IMG/VR virus record: IMGVR_UViG_3300037515_000242
Span: 1 to 39,997 of that record
Reading direction: 5' to 3' (one strand)
Origin: a virus
Lineage: Duplodnaviria; Caudoviricetes
Length of the DNA stretch: 39,997 nt
The notes under the pieces are model-generated. The model saw nothing but the letters and a program-made list of their open reading frames with translations. It did not search any database and had not been told where the DNA came from. Positions 6,519 through 14,811 of the stretch are shown one piece after another; within the stretch, counting starts at the first letter, position 1, and each line of letters begins with the position of its first letter. A program made the position numbers and the translations under genes.

Positions 6519-7698
6519 TAACCTACCTCCCGGCGTCACCGAAGGCATGATCCCTGGAAACACACCCGAGGACGCGGAGTGGGACAGCTTGTACGACTGG
6601 ATAGCGGAGCTTGGTATGGAGCCGAGTGAGATTCGCCACGTGCTCACCGCCAGTCAGCCGTTCATGCGCGGGGGCGAGCCCGTGCGTGGTACCCACCTAC
6701 GGCCCGGCGACGGCAAGTGGTGCGAGTATCTCCACAACGGCAAGATCTGCAACAAGTGCGGCTTCTCCGCTCCCGCCCAACGAAGCGTGGAGAACGCTCC
6801 CGCGGAATCTCCTGATCTCGTGACGGCCGTGAATGAGGTGCTGGCGGGCGCGAGACGCTCGGCTCGTGGTTCCCGAGACACGGCGTGTGTCGACCTCACC
6901 GATCGCTGGTTTACTTCCATCGCGAACTGGTGGCGAGTGCCCGCGCCAGTCGCTCCCGAGCCCGCCGAGACGGAGGAGGGGGATAGATGCGTGATGGTAC
7001 CGATTCAACTTCTTCGCACCGAGTGGCCGCCAACACCGCAACTCGCCCCCGGACACAAGCGTTTTGATGCGGTCTACGAGAGCCTGTTGGCGGGTGCCCC
7101 CATCTGTGAGCCGGTGACTGTCCGGTATGACACATGGACCGTCATCGACGGCCATCACCGCATCGCAGCCGCGAGGCTTCTGGGCATTGATGTTGTGCCG
7201 GTTCGGTTCTGGACGGGCGCAGCGTGGGTTCCGTCCGGGGGACCCGCCCCCACGGCAGCGGACCCCGATCACGTCGCCATGGTCAACGACATGGACGTGG
7301 TGCCCGAGGACGTGCGAGGGGCCGACGTGAGTGCTCTGATTAGAGAGGCCAGCGAGTTCGATCATGGCTACCTCAGAGACGGTATTCCGAGCGGTACACT
7401 CAACGATCACATAACCAAGGCCCACCGACTCATCGGTCTGTTGGTCGCCGCGCTCCGCTCCCCCGAGGACGTGCGCCGGGTTGGGGGCGAGAGGCGTAGT
7501 GTCGATTTACCAGACCACCAACGGTTGGCGTGGGAGAGGCTCGTCGGTACAAACCCCCGCGGCACCGACCGTCGCCGCTCCCCCGGGCGCCCCGACCCGA
7601 GCGTCGAGCAGCGCGACCACGAGGAGCAGCAGGTCGTTGCGTTGTGCGGGGGGTCATGCAGATCGCGTCTGAGGCGTGGGCCAAGAAGGACCCCGTAG
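6511..7698 (+). CDS. mosaic multi-domain protein with a Cys-rich (zinc-binding-like) segment and a ParB/Srx-like domain
   Basis: ATG 6511 overlaps the upstream gene end; CEYLHNGKICNKCG; EPVTV...VIDGHHRIAAARLLGIDVVPV is the ParB-N signature; repeat-encoded linkers. Confidence 0.7.
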   Translation: MSDNLPPGVTEGMIPGNTPEDAEWDSLYDWIAELGMEPSEIRHVLTASQPFMRGGEPVRGTHLRPGDGKWCEYLHNGKICNKCGFSAPAQRSVENAPAESPDLVTAVNEVLAGARRSARGSRDTACVDLTDRWFTSIANWWRVPAPVAPEPAETEEGDRCVMVPIQLLRTEWPPTPQLAPGHKRFDAVYESLLAGAPICEPVTVRYDTWTVIDGHHRIAAARLLGIDVVPVRFWTGAAWVPSGGPAPTAADPDHVAMVNDMDVVPEDVRGADVSALIREASEFDHGYLRDGIPSGTLNDHITKAHRLIGLLVAALRSPEDVRRVGGERRSVDLPDHQRLAWERLVGTNPRGTDRRRSPGRPDPSVEQRDHEEQQVVALCGGSCRSRLRRGPRRTP

Positions 7699-8366
7699 GC
7701 GCGCTCATCGTGGGCACGTGTCGCGGCCTTCTGCCGTGTAAGGAATGCGGCCAGTCGCTCTCTGGAGACGCGCCGCGCGAGCGACGGAGGGAGCGTCCCC
7801 GGGGGGAGCGTGACCCGGACGTCCGACACGCGGCCGAGGCTGCTGCAAGCGGACGCGTGTGGAATCGCACCGGCACCGACCGTCGCCGCTCCCCCGAGGA
7901 CGTACGGCCCGAGCCGATGGCCGCGGTCGGTGAGATCGCCGCGCCGACACGTCATGAGCCAGATCCCGAGCCCGCCGACTTCCCCGACTACGACGACGCT
8001 TTCCTAGCGATGGTCAACGACATGGACGTGGTGCCCGAGGACGTCGATTCGGACGAGTCCGTGAAGAAGGATGTACAAACGCGGATCCGAAAGATGGACC
8101 TCTGCGGGGCGTTCTTTACGGACGGTTGGGGCCAAGAAGCGATGTGCATCTTACCAACACCGTGCGAACGACACGCCTCCGAGGACGTGCGAGGGGCCGA
8201 CGTGGGGGATGCGCTTGCCGAAGCCAGGAAGGCACTCCGGTGCCTGTACATAGCGGTCGACGAGTCTGTCGCACGTGATGTCGAAGCGAAGGCCGAGGCC
8301 GCATTCGCCGCGCTCCGCTCCCCCGAGCCCGCAGCCGAGCCCCGCGACATGGGGGACGGACAATGA
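7656..8366 (+). CDS. mosaic hypothetical protein sharing linker peptides with 6511..7698 (possibly its frameshifted continuation)
   Basis: ATG 7656 is in frame with track ORF 7530..8366; repeats AMVNDMDVVPEDV, GTDRRRSP, AALRSPE and EDVRGADV. Confidence 0.65.
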   Translation: MQIASEAWAKKDPVGALIVGTCRGLLPCKECGQSLSGDAPRERRRERPRGERDPDVRHAAEAAASGRVWNRTGTDRRRSPEDVRPEPMAAVGEIAAPTRHEPDPEPADFPDYDDAFLAMVNDMDVVPEDVDSDESVKKDVQTRIRKMDLCGAFFTDGWGQEAMCILPTPCERHASEDVRGADVGDALAEARKALRCLYIAVDESVARDVEAKAEAAFAALRSPEPAAEPRDMGDGQ

Positions 8367-8611
8367 GCGTGGCCGAGAGGTGCCCGTGTTGTGGCCAGAT
8401 AGGGGTTGTGACTCGCCGACCCTCGTGGGCGTTCACGGAGAGATCCTCCGAGCCCCGCTACACGCTCACGGAAGTGATGGACGCGTTCACTGGCGCGTGG
8501 AGTGATTGGTCCCGGCCCTGGCACGCGCGTACGCTAGCAGAACTCTTTTCCTTTCGGCTCCGCTCCGGGGGCGCCACGACAGATACGGGAGAAGCAACCA
8601 GTGACGCCTAG
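8363..8611 (+). CDS. small protein with CPCCG motif
   Basis: ATGA coupling. Confidence 0.6.
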   Translation: MSVAERCPCCGQIGVVTRRPSWAFTERSSEPRYTLTEVMDAFTGAWSDWSRPWHARTLAELFSFRLRSGGATTDTGEATSDA

Positions 8612-8834
8612 TGACCGAGATATGAGCCTCGACGCCATCGAGGCGCGCATCGACCGAGCGTGGGATATGGTGTCCGCGCTGTGCAAGCCGAGAGGCAGGG
8701 AGGGCTCGCGCGAGTGGGTCATGTCGATTCCGGCACGCCCGAACCACGACCCCGACCTCGTGATCGGAGTCGCGCTGCGAGACGCCCGCGACCTACTCAA
8801 ACGTCTCCGCGCCGCACCCGAGGAGAAATCATGA
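8601..8834 (+). CDS. small hypothetical protein
   Basis: GGGAG RBS, overlapping start; ends in the APE junction motif. Confidence 0.6.
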   Translation: MTPSDRDMSLDAIEARIDRAWDMVSALCKPRGREGSREWVMSIPARPNHDPDLVIGVALRDARDLLKRLRAAPEEKS

Positions 8835-9031
8835 CCGAGAAGCATCCGATTGAAAAGCTTTGGGATCTCGTGACGAGAGAAGCCGTAGACGGATCCATGA
8901 CCGGCAAGCACGACGTACCCAAGGACGGAGCGGCCACGGGGCGGATGACGTTCGACCTACCCGATGGCACGAGGTGGTCTGTGTACGTGGATCGAGTCGC
9001 ACCCGAGGGGAGGGGAGGTAATGAGCCATGA
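8831..9031 (+). CDS. small hypothetical protein
   Basis: GAGGAG RBS, ATGA coupling at 8831, in frame with track ORF 8660..9031. Confidence 0.65.
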   Translation: MTEKHPIEKLWDLVTREAVDGSMTGKHDVPKDGAATGRMTFDLPDGTRWSVYVDRVAPEGRGGNEP

Positions 9032-9396
9032 GGGTGATCATCGCCGGTTCCCGCGACCTCAACAGCTACACACTCGTGGTGAAGGCCGTGGAGGAATCGG
9101 GCATCTTGCCCACGGTCGTGCTGTCCGGTGGCGCTCGTGGGATCGACAGGCAGGGCGAGAAGTGGGCGTCACAGCGTGGCATCCCAGTCGAACGGTATCC
9201 GGCCGAGTGGAAGTTGTGGGGGAATTCGGCGGGCGTGCGGCGCAACCAGAAGATGGCTGATAACGCCGACGCTCTGATCGCGGTGTGGGACGGATCGAGC
9301 CGCGGCACCAAGCTCATGATCGAAGCCGCGCTCAGGCGGGGCCTGACAGTTTACGTGCACGACGCGCGTCGCGACGAGCCTAAGGAGGTGGAATGA
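9028..9396 (+). CDS. SLOG-superfamily (YspA/DUF2493-like) nucleotide-binding protein
   Basis: MRVIIAGSR...VLSGGARGID...AGVRRNQKM...ALIAVWDGSSRGT motifs. Confidence 0.85.
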   Translation: MRVIIAGSRDLNSYTLVVKAVEESGILPTVVLSGGARGIDRQGEKWASQRGIPVERYPAEWKLWGNSAGVRRNQKMADNADALIAVWDGSSRGTKLMIEAALRRGLTVYVHDARRDEPKEVE

Positions 9397-9599
9397 CTAA
9401 TCGCAGCGTGACCGCGAGTCTCGTGCATATCAGGGAAGGCGCGCTTCAGGCAGTCGAGCAGGTCGAGGCGCTCATGGACGAGATGGGACTCCTCAAGCGT
9501 CGTACGGTGGCGGGCACACTCAACCCTGACCGAGTACTTCGTTCGATCGAGTTTGATCGAGAAGGCGCACCCGAGGGGACGGGAGGGAACAAGCCGTGA
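9393..9599 (+). CDS. small hypothetical protein
   Basis: AAGGAGG RBS, ATGA coupling. Confidence 0.65.
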   Translation: MTNRSVTASLVHIREGALQAVEQVEALMDEMGLLKRRTVAGTLNPDRVLRSIEFDREGAPEGTGGNKP

Positions 9600-9835
9600 G
9601 GGGGCCTATCTACAAGACGCAGCTCAACCATGGGACTACGTCCATTTCCGGGAAGGTGATCCACGCCGCCGAGCAGCAAGGCGTGATGATGGCCTGGTAC
9701 GAAGAAGACGGCTTCTACCGCGAATACGTCATTGTGGCGACAGGGCAAGCGCCGCCGGACACCGCGGAGCACGTGTGCACACTCCTCTCCGACGAACAGA
9801 CTCTTGTGTGGCACATCTACCGTGTGTACCCGTGA
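9596..9835 (+). CDS. conserved-looking small phage protein (IYK..L...Q....W...TG...HV.T...LVWH pattern)
   Basis: GTGA coupling; the motif pattern resembles a widespread uncharacterised phage family. Confidence 0.7.
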   Translation: MRGPIYKTQLNHGTTSISGKVIHAAEQQGVMMAWYEEDGFYREYVIVATGQAPPDTAEHVCTLLSDEQTLVWHIYRVYP

Positions 9836-10068
9836 GCTGGGCCTCCCGCCGGAACCGCGCTAAATGGTTTGCCAAAAGAGTCGACCCCGAGTACGAGCGC
9901 CTCAACCTGCGCTGCCCGATCTGCGGCGCGGTGATGCCAAGCTCATTGCACCGACCTTATCATTTGGCGCTTGAGCATGGCTGGCGGCTTTCACAAGAGT
10001 TTAGTGAGGTGGCACGGCTTTCGGTGTACAAGGACACCGGGGGTAACCGCGACACACCTTGTGGTTAA
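9832..10068 (+). CDS. small C2H2-type zinc-finger protein
   Basis: GTGA overlap at 9832, in frame with track ORF 9553..10068; CPIC-x12-HLALEH. Confidence 0.55.
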   Translation: MSWASRRNRAKWFAKRVDPEYERLNLRCPICGAVMPSSLHRPYHLALEHGWRLSQEFSEVARLSVYKDTGGNRDTPCG

Positions 10069-10094
10069 GCCATTTCCAAATAAGGGTGGGTACC

Positions 10095-10274
10095 ATGCAA
10101 GGTAACAAAAGAAATATAGCCTGGTGGTTGTTTGTTATTGCTATGCTCGTAGGGGTGTCCGGGATCGCATTGATTATAAACGGTGCTTCATTCAAGGTGG
10201 CATTGGGAGTATTCTTTGTTATTTGGGCTCAGAACATAGCGCATAATGTGCGATTTATCAAGAGTGAAAGATAG
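10095..10274 (+). CDS. small two-TM membrane protein
   Basis: ATG 10095; two hydrophobic stretches; AT-richer than its neighbours. Confidence 0.55.
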   Translation: MQGNKRNIAWWLFVIAMLVGVSGIALIINGASFKVALGVFFVIWAQNIAHNVRFIKSER

Positions 10275-10282
10275 ATGGTACC

Positions 10283-10312
10283 TTGACTTCAAGTAAGACG
10301 GAGTACCATATT
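10283..10312 (+). promoter_or_regulatory. promoter for a probably leaderless terS transcript
   Basis: TTGACT-N18-CATATT, 7 nt upstream of ATG 10320, with no Shine-Dalgarno in the usual position. Confidence 0.55.
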
Positions 10313-10319
10313 TGTACGC

Positions 10320-10970
10320 ATGGCAAACGAAGAGATTACTAGAGCAACGGGAACCGTATTCAACACAATTCATCCAAAGTATAAGGCATTTGCGGATGAA
10401 TGGTTGACTGGTGAGCATACCGGAAAACGGTTCAACGGTAGAGCGGCATATGAACACGCAGGCTATACCGCAGCACCATCCAATCCATCAACTAACGCAT
10501 CGAAGCTTCTTCGGCACCCTGACGTAGCCGCTTACATCAAATCTCGTATGGACGAGATGGCGATGTCTACGGATGAGGTGCTGTTGCGTTTTTCTGACAT
10601 AGCACGGTCCAACGTTGGCAACATCCTCACGAAAAATGAGCTGTTTCAACGTGTTGAGATCGATCACGACGCCCTTCTAGCTAATAAGCATTATGTAAAG
10701 TCCTTTGGTTACGATGCTAACGGTAACATGAAGGTAGAGTTCCACGACCCGCAACGTGCTCTTGAAAATGTTGCTCGTGTTCTTGACATGTTCAAAGGTG
10801 AGTTTGGGTTCAATGGTTCAGCCGGTGCACCTATTACGATGCGTGTGCAGTTTGTTTCACCAGAAGGTGAAATAGAAGAGCACGGTCCGACTAGTGAGCA
10901 CCAAGACGCCATAGAGGATTTCTCTGAACTTGACGAGATGACGTTGGGCTTACCCGGTGATGAAGACTGA
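10320..10970 (+). CDS. terS: terminase small subunit
   Basis: FADEWL...FNGRAAYEHAGY...NASKLLRHPDVAAYI...DEVL HTH pattern (Terminase_2-like); directly upstream of TerL. Confidence 0.9.
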   Translation: MANEEITRATGTVFNTIHPKYKAFADEWLTGEHTGKRFNGRAAYEHAGYTAAPSNPSTNASKLLRHPDVAAYIKSRMDEMAMSTDEVLLRFSDIARSNVGNILTKNELFQRVEIDHDALLANKHYVKSFGYDANGNMKVEFHDPQRALENVARVLDMFKGEFGFNGSAGAPITMRVQFVSPEGEIEEHGPTSEHQDAIEDFSELDEMTLGLPGDED

Positions 10971-10972
10971 TT

Positions 10973-12247
10973 GTGGTACAGTTTTCAGCAAAATTACCAG
11001 AGTATGCGCGTGGACTTTTTGTACCTGCTCGATATAAAGTCTTTTGGGGTGGGCGTGGTGCAGCTCGTTCTTGGAGTTATGCACAGGCGATCCTTATTAT
11101 GGGAAGCCAGCGCAAGCTTCGTGTATTGTGCTGCCGTGAATTCCAGAAGTCCATTGCTGATTCTGTCCACAAGCTATTCGAAGATCAAGTAGTTCGTTTA
11201 AACCTTCCTGGATGGGATGTCGGCCAAAAAGTCATCACCCATAAAGGAACAGGTACAACAATTCTCTTCGAAGGACTGCGTTATAACACTAATCGCATCA
11301 AGTCACTCGAAGGTATTGATATCTGTTGGGTGGAAGAAGCTGAGTCTGTTACGAAAGCTTCATGGGAAATCCTTATTCCAACCATTCGTAAAGATGAATC
11401 AGAAATATGGATTTCTTTCAATCCTGATCTAGAAAGCGATCCGACGTATCAGCGATTCGTAATAGGTCGTCCACCGAACGCCATAGTGCAGAAAGTCGGG
11501 TGGGAAGACAATCCGTGGTTCCCAGAAGTACTCAAAGAAGAGAAAGACTATCTATACCGTGTAGATCCTGAAGCAGCTGAACATGTGTGGGGTGGGGTAC
11601 CCAGGAAGACTTCAGAGGCGCAAGTGCTTCATGGAAAATGGCGTGTAGAATCTTTCAAACCAGCACCCAATCAATTAGATTCATCCGGTCGTAAGATTTG
11701 GGTTGGACCTTACACTGGTGCAGACTTTGGGTTCTCTGTAGATCCAACGGCATGCACTGAGTTGTGGATTAAACGTTCATCTGAGTATCATTTCAGTCAA
11801 GGTGAATTACATGTGTACCAAGAATCTTGGAAGATTAAACTTGATACACACATGATTAAGCGTCAGTGGCTACGTGACATAGGCCGAAGGATTGTAACCC
11901 GCATTATTCGTGCAGATTCTTCACGCCCTGAAACTATTTCTTATCTAAAGCAACATGGTTTGCGTGGGATTCGTCCTGCTTTCAAATGGCCTAACTCAGT
12001 TGAAGACGGTATTGCTTACTTACGACAATTTGAAGGCATTGTGATCCATCCAAATTGTCGGCACTACAAGCAAGAAGCTATGCTGTATGGTTATAAGGTT
12101 GATGACAAGACTGGCGAGATCACCAGAAAGATTGTAGACAAACACAATCATCTAATTGACGCAACTCGTTATGCGTTGGTACCGATGATTCGCATGCGCC
12201 GCTCGGCTTCTAATTACTCTGGTCATACTTATGCCAACTCCAATTAG
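10973..12247 (+). CDS. terL: terminase large subunit, PBSX/Terminase_3 type
   Basis: RYKVFWGGRGAARS (Walker A), ICWVEEAE (Walker B), LIPTIRK, SFNP, GADFGFSVDP, ADSSRPETI, NHLIDATRYAL. Confidence 0.95.
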   Translation: MVQFSAKLPEYARGLFVPARYKVFWGGRGAARSWSYAQAILIMGSQRKLRVLCCREFQKSIADSVHKLFEDQVVRLNLPGWDVGQKVITHKGTGTTILFEGLRYNTNRIKSLEGIDICWVEEAESVTKASWEILIPTIRKDESEIWISFNPDLESDPTYQRFVIGRPPNAIVQKVGWEDNPWFPEVLKEEKDYLYRVDPEAAEHVWGGVPRKTSEAQVLHGKWRVESFKPAPNQLDSSGRKIWVGPYTGADFGFSVDPTACTELWIKRSSEYHFSQGELHVYQESWKIKLDTHMIKRQWLRDIGRRIVTRIIRADSSRPETISYLKQHGLRGIRPAFKWPNSVEDGIAYLRQFEGIVIHPNCRHYKQEAMLYGYKVDDKTGEITRKIVDKHNHLIDATRYALVPMIRMRRSASNYSGHTYANSN

Positions 12248-13973
12248 TTCACACGAGCAAAATCCAGATGAACCTGTTCAACTTGCAATTGCTCCGTTTG
12301 ATGAATGGACATACGAAGACGCCAATAATGCTTTGAAGCACTATTTGCCGGAAAAATATACAGAAGCTGAATTGTTCTCTGTATACAAAGATCACTTCCA
12401 AAAGGGAAGAGGGTGGATAGGTCCTGGTGAAGCGTTAGATAATAGAACTAACAAGATTTATCAACAATTTGCACCTGAAGATGCCATCGGTGAAGTTTTA
12501 CAGAACATTGAGAATGCTTTTTCCGAGCCACAGATTGGTACAGCGTCGAAAAACCAAGATGATTCTTCAACAACTAAGGGTGAGGAACTAGTACGCTTCT
12601 TGTCAGTGTGGTGGGACAAGCGTCGTATGCAAGAATTGGTTCAAGATCGGCAACGCACCGGAGCGTGGGCTGGCTGGGCCAATTTGCGTCTTTGGATCCC
12701 CTGGCGGTTTTTACGTCAAACTGGCGACGGAGTAACCGTTCCAACGGCACCAAGTTTTGAAGACGCTTTGAATATGATTTTTGTGTCTGGACCTTCACCA
12801 GATACTGGCGCAATGGTGATAGACCAAGCTACACAAGATGTCGCTGCTATATATCTTGACAAAGAAGTAGAATATAGTTCTGATGGTTCAACAAAAACTT
12901 TCGAACGTGCAGAACTCCATTACCTTGATCCTAACCGCAGTAGGGATGAAGACGCGTCAATGATTATGCGGTTTGTCTATTCAAATAAAGATAAGCCGGA
13001 TGTTCGTGTTGAGCTGCCTTTGCAGGGGCACTTGCTAACAAGCGAAATGCGCACCCGTGTGGTAATCACAGAACCTGTCATGCGGACACAGCGTCAGCTT
13101 AATTTCGTTGCTACCTTGATAGGCCGTATCGTCGAAACGGCTGGCTTTCGCGAGCGATATATTCACAACGCAAAGCCACAAGGTATTCGTTACTCACACG
13201 ACGAAGGTGATTCTCTACCCGATGGTGCATTTCTAGAAAGAGACGAAGAAGGTAGATTGTGGCGTGTTGTTCCTCAAGTGCGTACACTTGGTGCTGCCAC
13301 TGTTACGGAGCTCATTGGTCTACCGCAGATGGATCAGACCGGAGAGACAAGAGGCAACCAAATGCCACAAGTAACGATTGCTGAACCTGTTGATCCAAAA
13401 CCGTACACGGAAACGCTAGAGTCTATTCGTCGCCGTATTCTCAGGATGTGTCAGCAAGGTCATCTTGGTGGTACATCAAACGCCGAGACTTCTGGTATTG
13501 CATACGAACAAGCTCGTTCAGTTTTTGAGAAAGACCTAGAGAAACGGCGTGTGTCTTCAGAGGGGATGCTACGCGATCTTTTGACCGTGGTGGTATTGCT
13601 TGCTGAGTTGATTTCAAACAAGGTCGGTGAGTACAGCAATACGCTTAGAATCACTGTAGACCAGCACATCAATCCTGGTCCAAGAAGTCCTGACTTGGTA
13701 AGGCTTGATCTCGAAGCTTATGCCGCTGGTGGCATGTCCCAATTGACTCTGATTTCTAAGCTTGGTATCGAAGATACAGACGCAGAAACAAAACGCATAC
13801 GTGAGTCGTCAACATTCATTATGGGATTGATTGAGAAAGTGACAGCTTCTCAAGGATTCACCAAAGAGAGTATGATTAAAGTCATGGCACTGTTGGAAGT
13901 ACCTGCGGCTGTTGTAGCAGCGCTTGAAGTAGAGGACATTCCTGAACCAATAGCACCCCCGGTTGAAGAGTAG
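12231..13973 (+). CDS. portal protein
   Basis: 580 aa directly after TerL; C-terminal SGIA...helical...MSQLTLISKLGIEDTDAETKRI pattern seen in SPP1-like portals. Confidence 0.8.
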   Translation: MPTPISSHEQNPDEPVQLAIAPFDEWTYEDANNALKHYLPEKYTEAELFSVYKDHFQKGRGWIGPGEALDNRTNKIYQQFAPEDAIGEVLQNIENAFSEPQIGTASKNQDDSSTTKGEELVRFLSVWWDKRRMQELVQDRQRTGAWAGWANLRLWIPWRFLRQTGDGVTVPTAPSFEDALNMIFVSGPSPDTGAMVIDQATQDVAAIYLDKEVEYSSDGSTKTFERAELHYLDPNRSRDEDASMIMRFVYSNKDKPDVRVELPLQGHLLTSEMRTRVVITEPVMRTQRQLNFVATLIGRIVETAGFRERYIHNAKPQGIRYSHDEGDSLPDGAFLERDEEGRLWRVVPQVRTLGAATVTELIGLPQMDQTGETRGNQMPQVTIAEPVDPKPYTETLESIRRRILRMCQQGHLGGTSNAETSGIAYEQARSVFEKDLEKRRVSSEGMLRDLLTVVVLLAELISNKVGEYSNTLRITVDQHINPGPRSPDLVRLDLEAYAAGGMSQLTLISKLGIEDTDAETKRIRESSTFIMGLIEKVTASQGFTKESMIKVMALLEVPAAVVAALEVEDIPEPIAPPVEE

Positions 13974-13974
13974 G

Positions 13975-14003
13975 TTGTGATTTTCAGCCTAACCTCTTAT
14001 ACT
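13975..14003 (+). promoter_or_regulatory. promoter for the capsid operon
   Basis: TTGTGA-N17-TATACT in the portal-scaffold gap. Confidence 0.55.
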
Positions 14004-14070
14004 ACCTAGCAGGCAAAATGTTTCATTGAGGGGCGGGAGGCCCGCTTCTAACCTGTCAAGGTGGCAGCTT

Positions 14071-14778
14071 ATGCCAGAAATCAGTGACGCTGAGTACAGA
14101 CAGTATCTTTCCTATCAGCAGCTTGGAACTCCAACTGAGGTTTCGCGAAAAGTGAGCGACCTTGAAACGGACAACAAGAAGCAACGGGACGAAATTCGTG
14201 TTCTCAAGGAGAATGCTCCTGAGGACGGACAGATGCTTGTTTCAAAAGGCGACGTTGAGGAGCTCACCAAGTATCGGGAGCTGGGCAAACTCGATGAACT
14301 GAAGACTGGTATAGAAGTAGGTCAAAAGGCGGCTGTTGAATTGGCTGCCAAGGAAGTCCGTGAAGCTGCGGTACAGTTTGCTGCGACGGCCGGGCTTGCT
14401 CCTGAAGCAGTGGATACACTCACTGCTATCCCCGCACTCAAAGGCGCGAAATTCGAGGTACGGTCTGTGAAGAACGACAAAGGCGATGATGTAAATGTTG
14501 CCTATGTCACTCTTGAAGGTGAGAACCAGAAAGCGATGAAATACGAAGACGCTGTCGAACGTGTTCCGTCACTGAAAGGTCTTCGCACTGCTACAAAGGA
14601 AGACGACAAGAGTGGCACTAAGTTCGGTCCTCAAGGCGGACCTGGCGGTGAAAAAGGTGGACAAGAAAACGTCTACGCAAAGATCCGTAAGGATGCCGAA
14701 GATCGCAAGAAGGCGGGAGAGGGTCACACTGACTCCGCTACACGAGTACGAAAGGCACTCAATGTTGCGGTGTCGTAA
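14071..14778 (+). CDS. capsid scaffolding protein
   Basis: Charged coiled-coil with a G-rich C-terminal linker; sits before the decoration and MCP genes; ATG 14071 in frame with track ORF. Confidence 0.7.
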   Translation: MPEISDAEYRQYLSYQQLGTPTEVSRKVSDLETDNKKQRDEIRVLKENAPEDGQMLVSKGDVEELTKYRELGKLDELKTGIEVGQKAAVELAAKEVREAAVQFAATAGLAPEAVDTLTAIPALKGAKFEVRSVKNDKGDDVNVAYVTLEGENQKAMKYEDAVERVPSLKGLRTATKEDDKSGTKFGPQGGPGGEKGGQENVYAKIRKDAEDRKKAGEGHTDSATRVRKALNVAVS

Positions 14779-14811
14779 CGTTCATCTTTTCACCTTCTAA
14801 GGAGCATTTTC

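Larger units (their letters stand above)
6565..9601 (+). repeat. dispersed, permuted short direct repeats centred on CCCGAG(GACGT)
   Basis: Exact pairs: 35 bp 7279/8010, 26 bp 7304/8179, 23 bp 7445/8305, 26 bp 7560/7871, 15 bp 6954/7964; 31/36 match 8998/9566. Confidence 0.9.

Noticed and set aside
6900-8460. CRISPR array or integron attC array
   Set aside because: The repeats are of several kinds, irregularly spaced, non-palindromic and in-frame within coding sequence; no cas or intI gene is present
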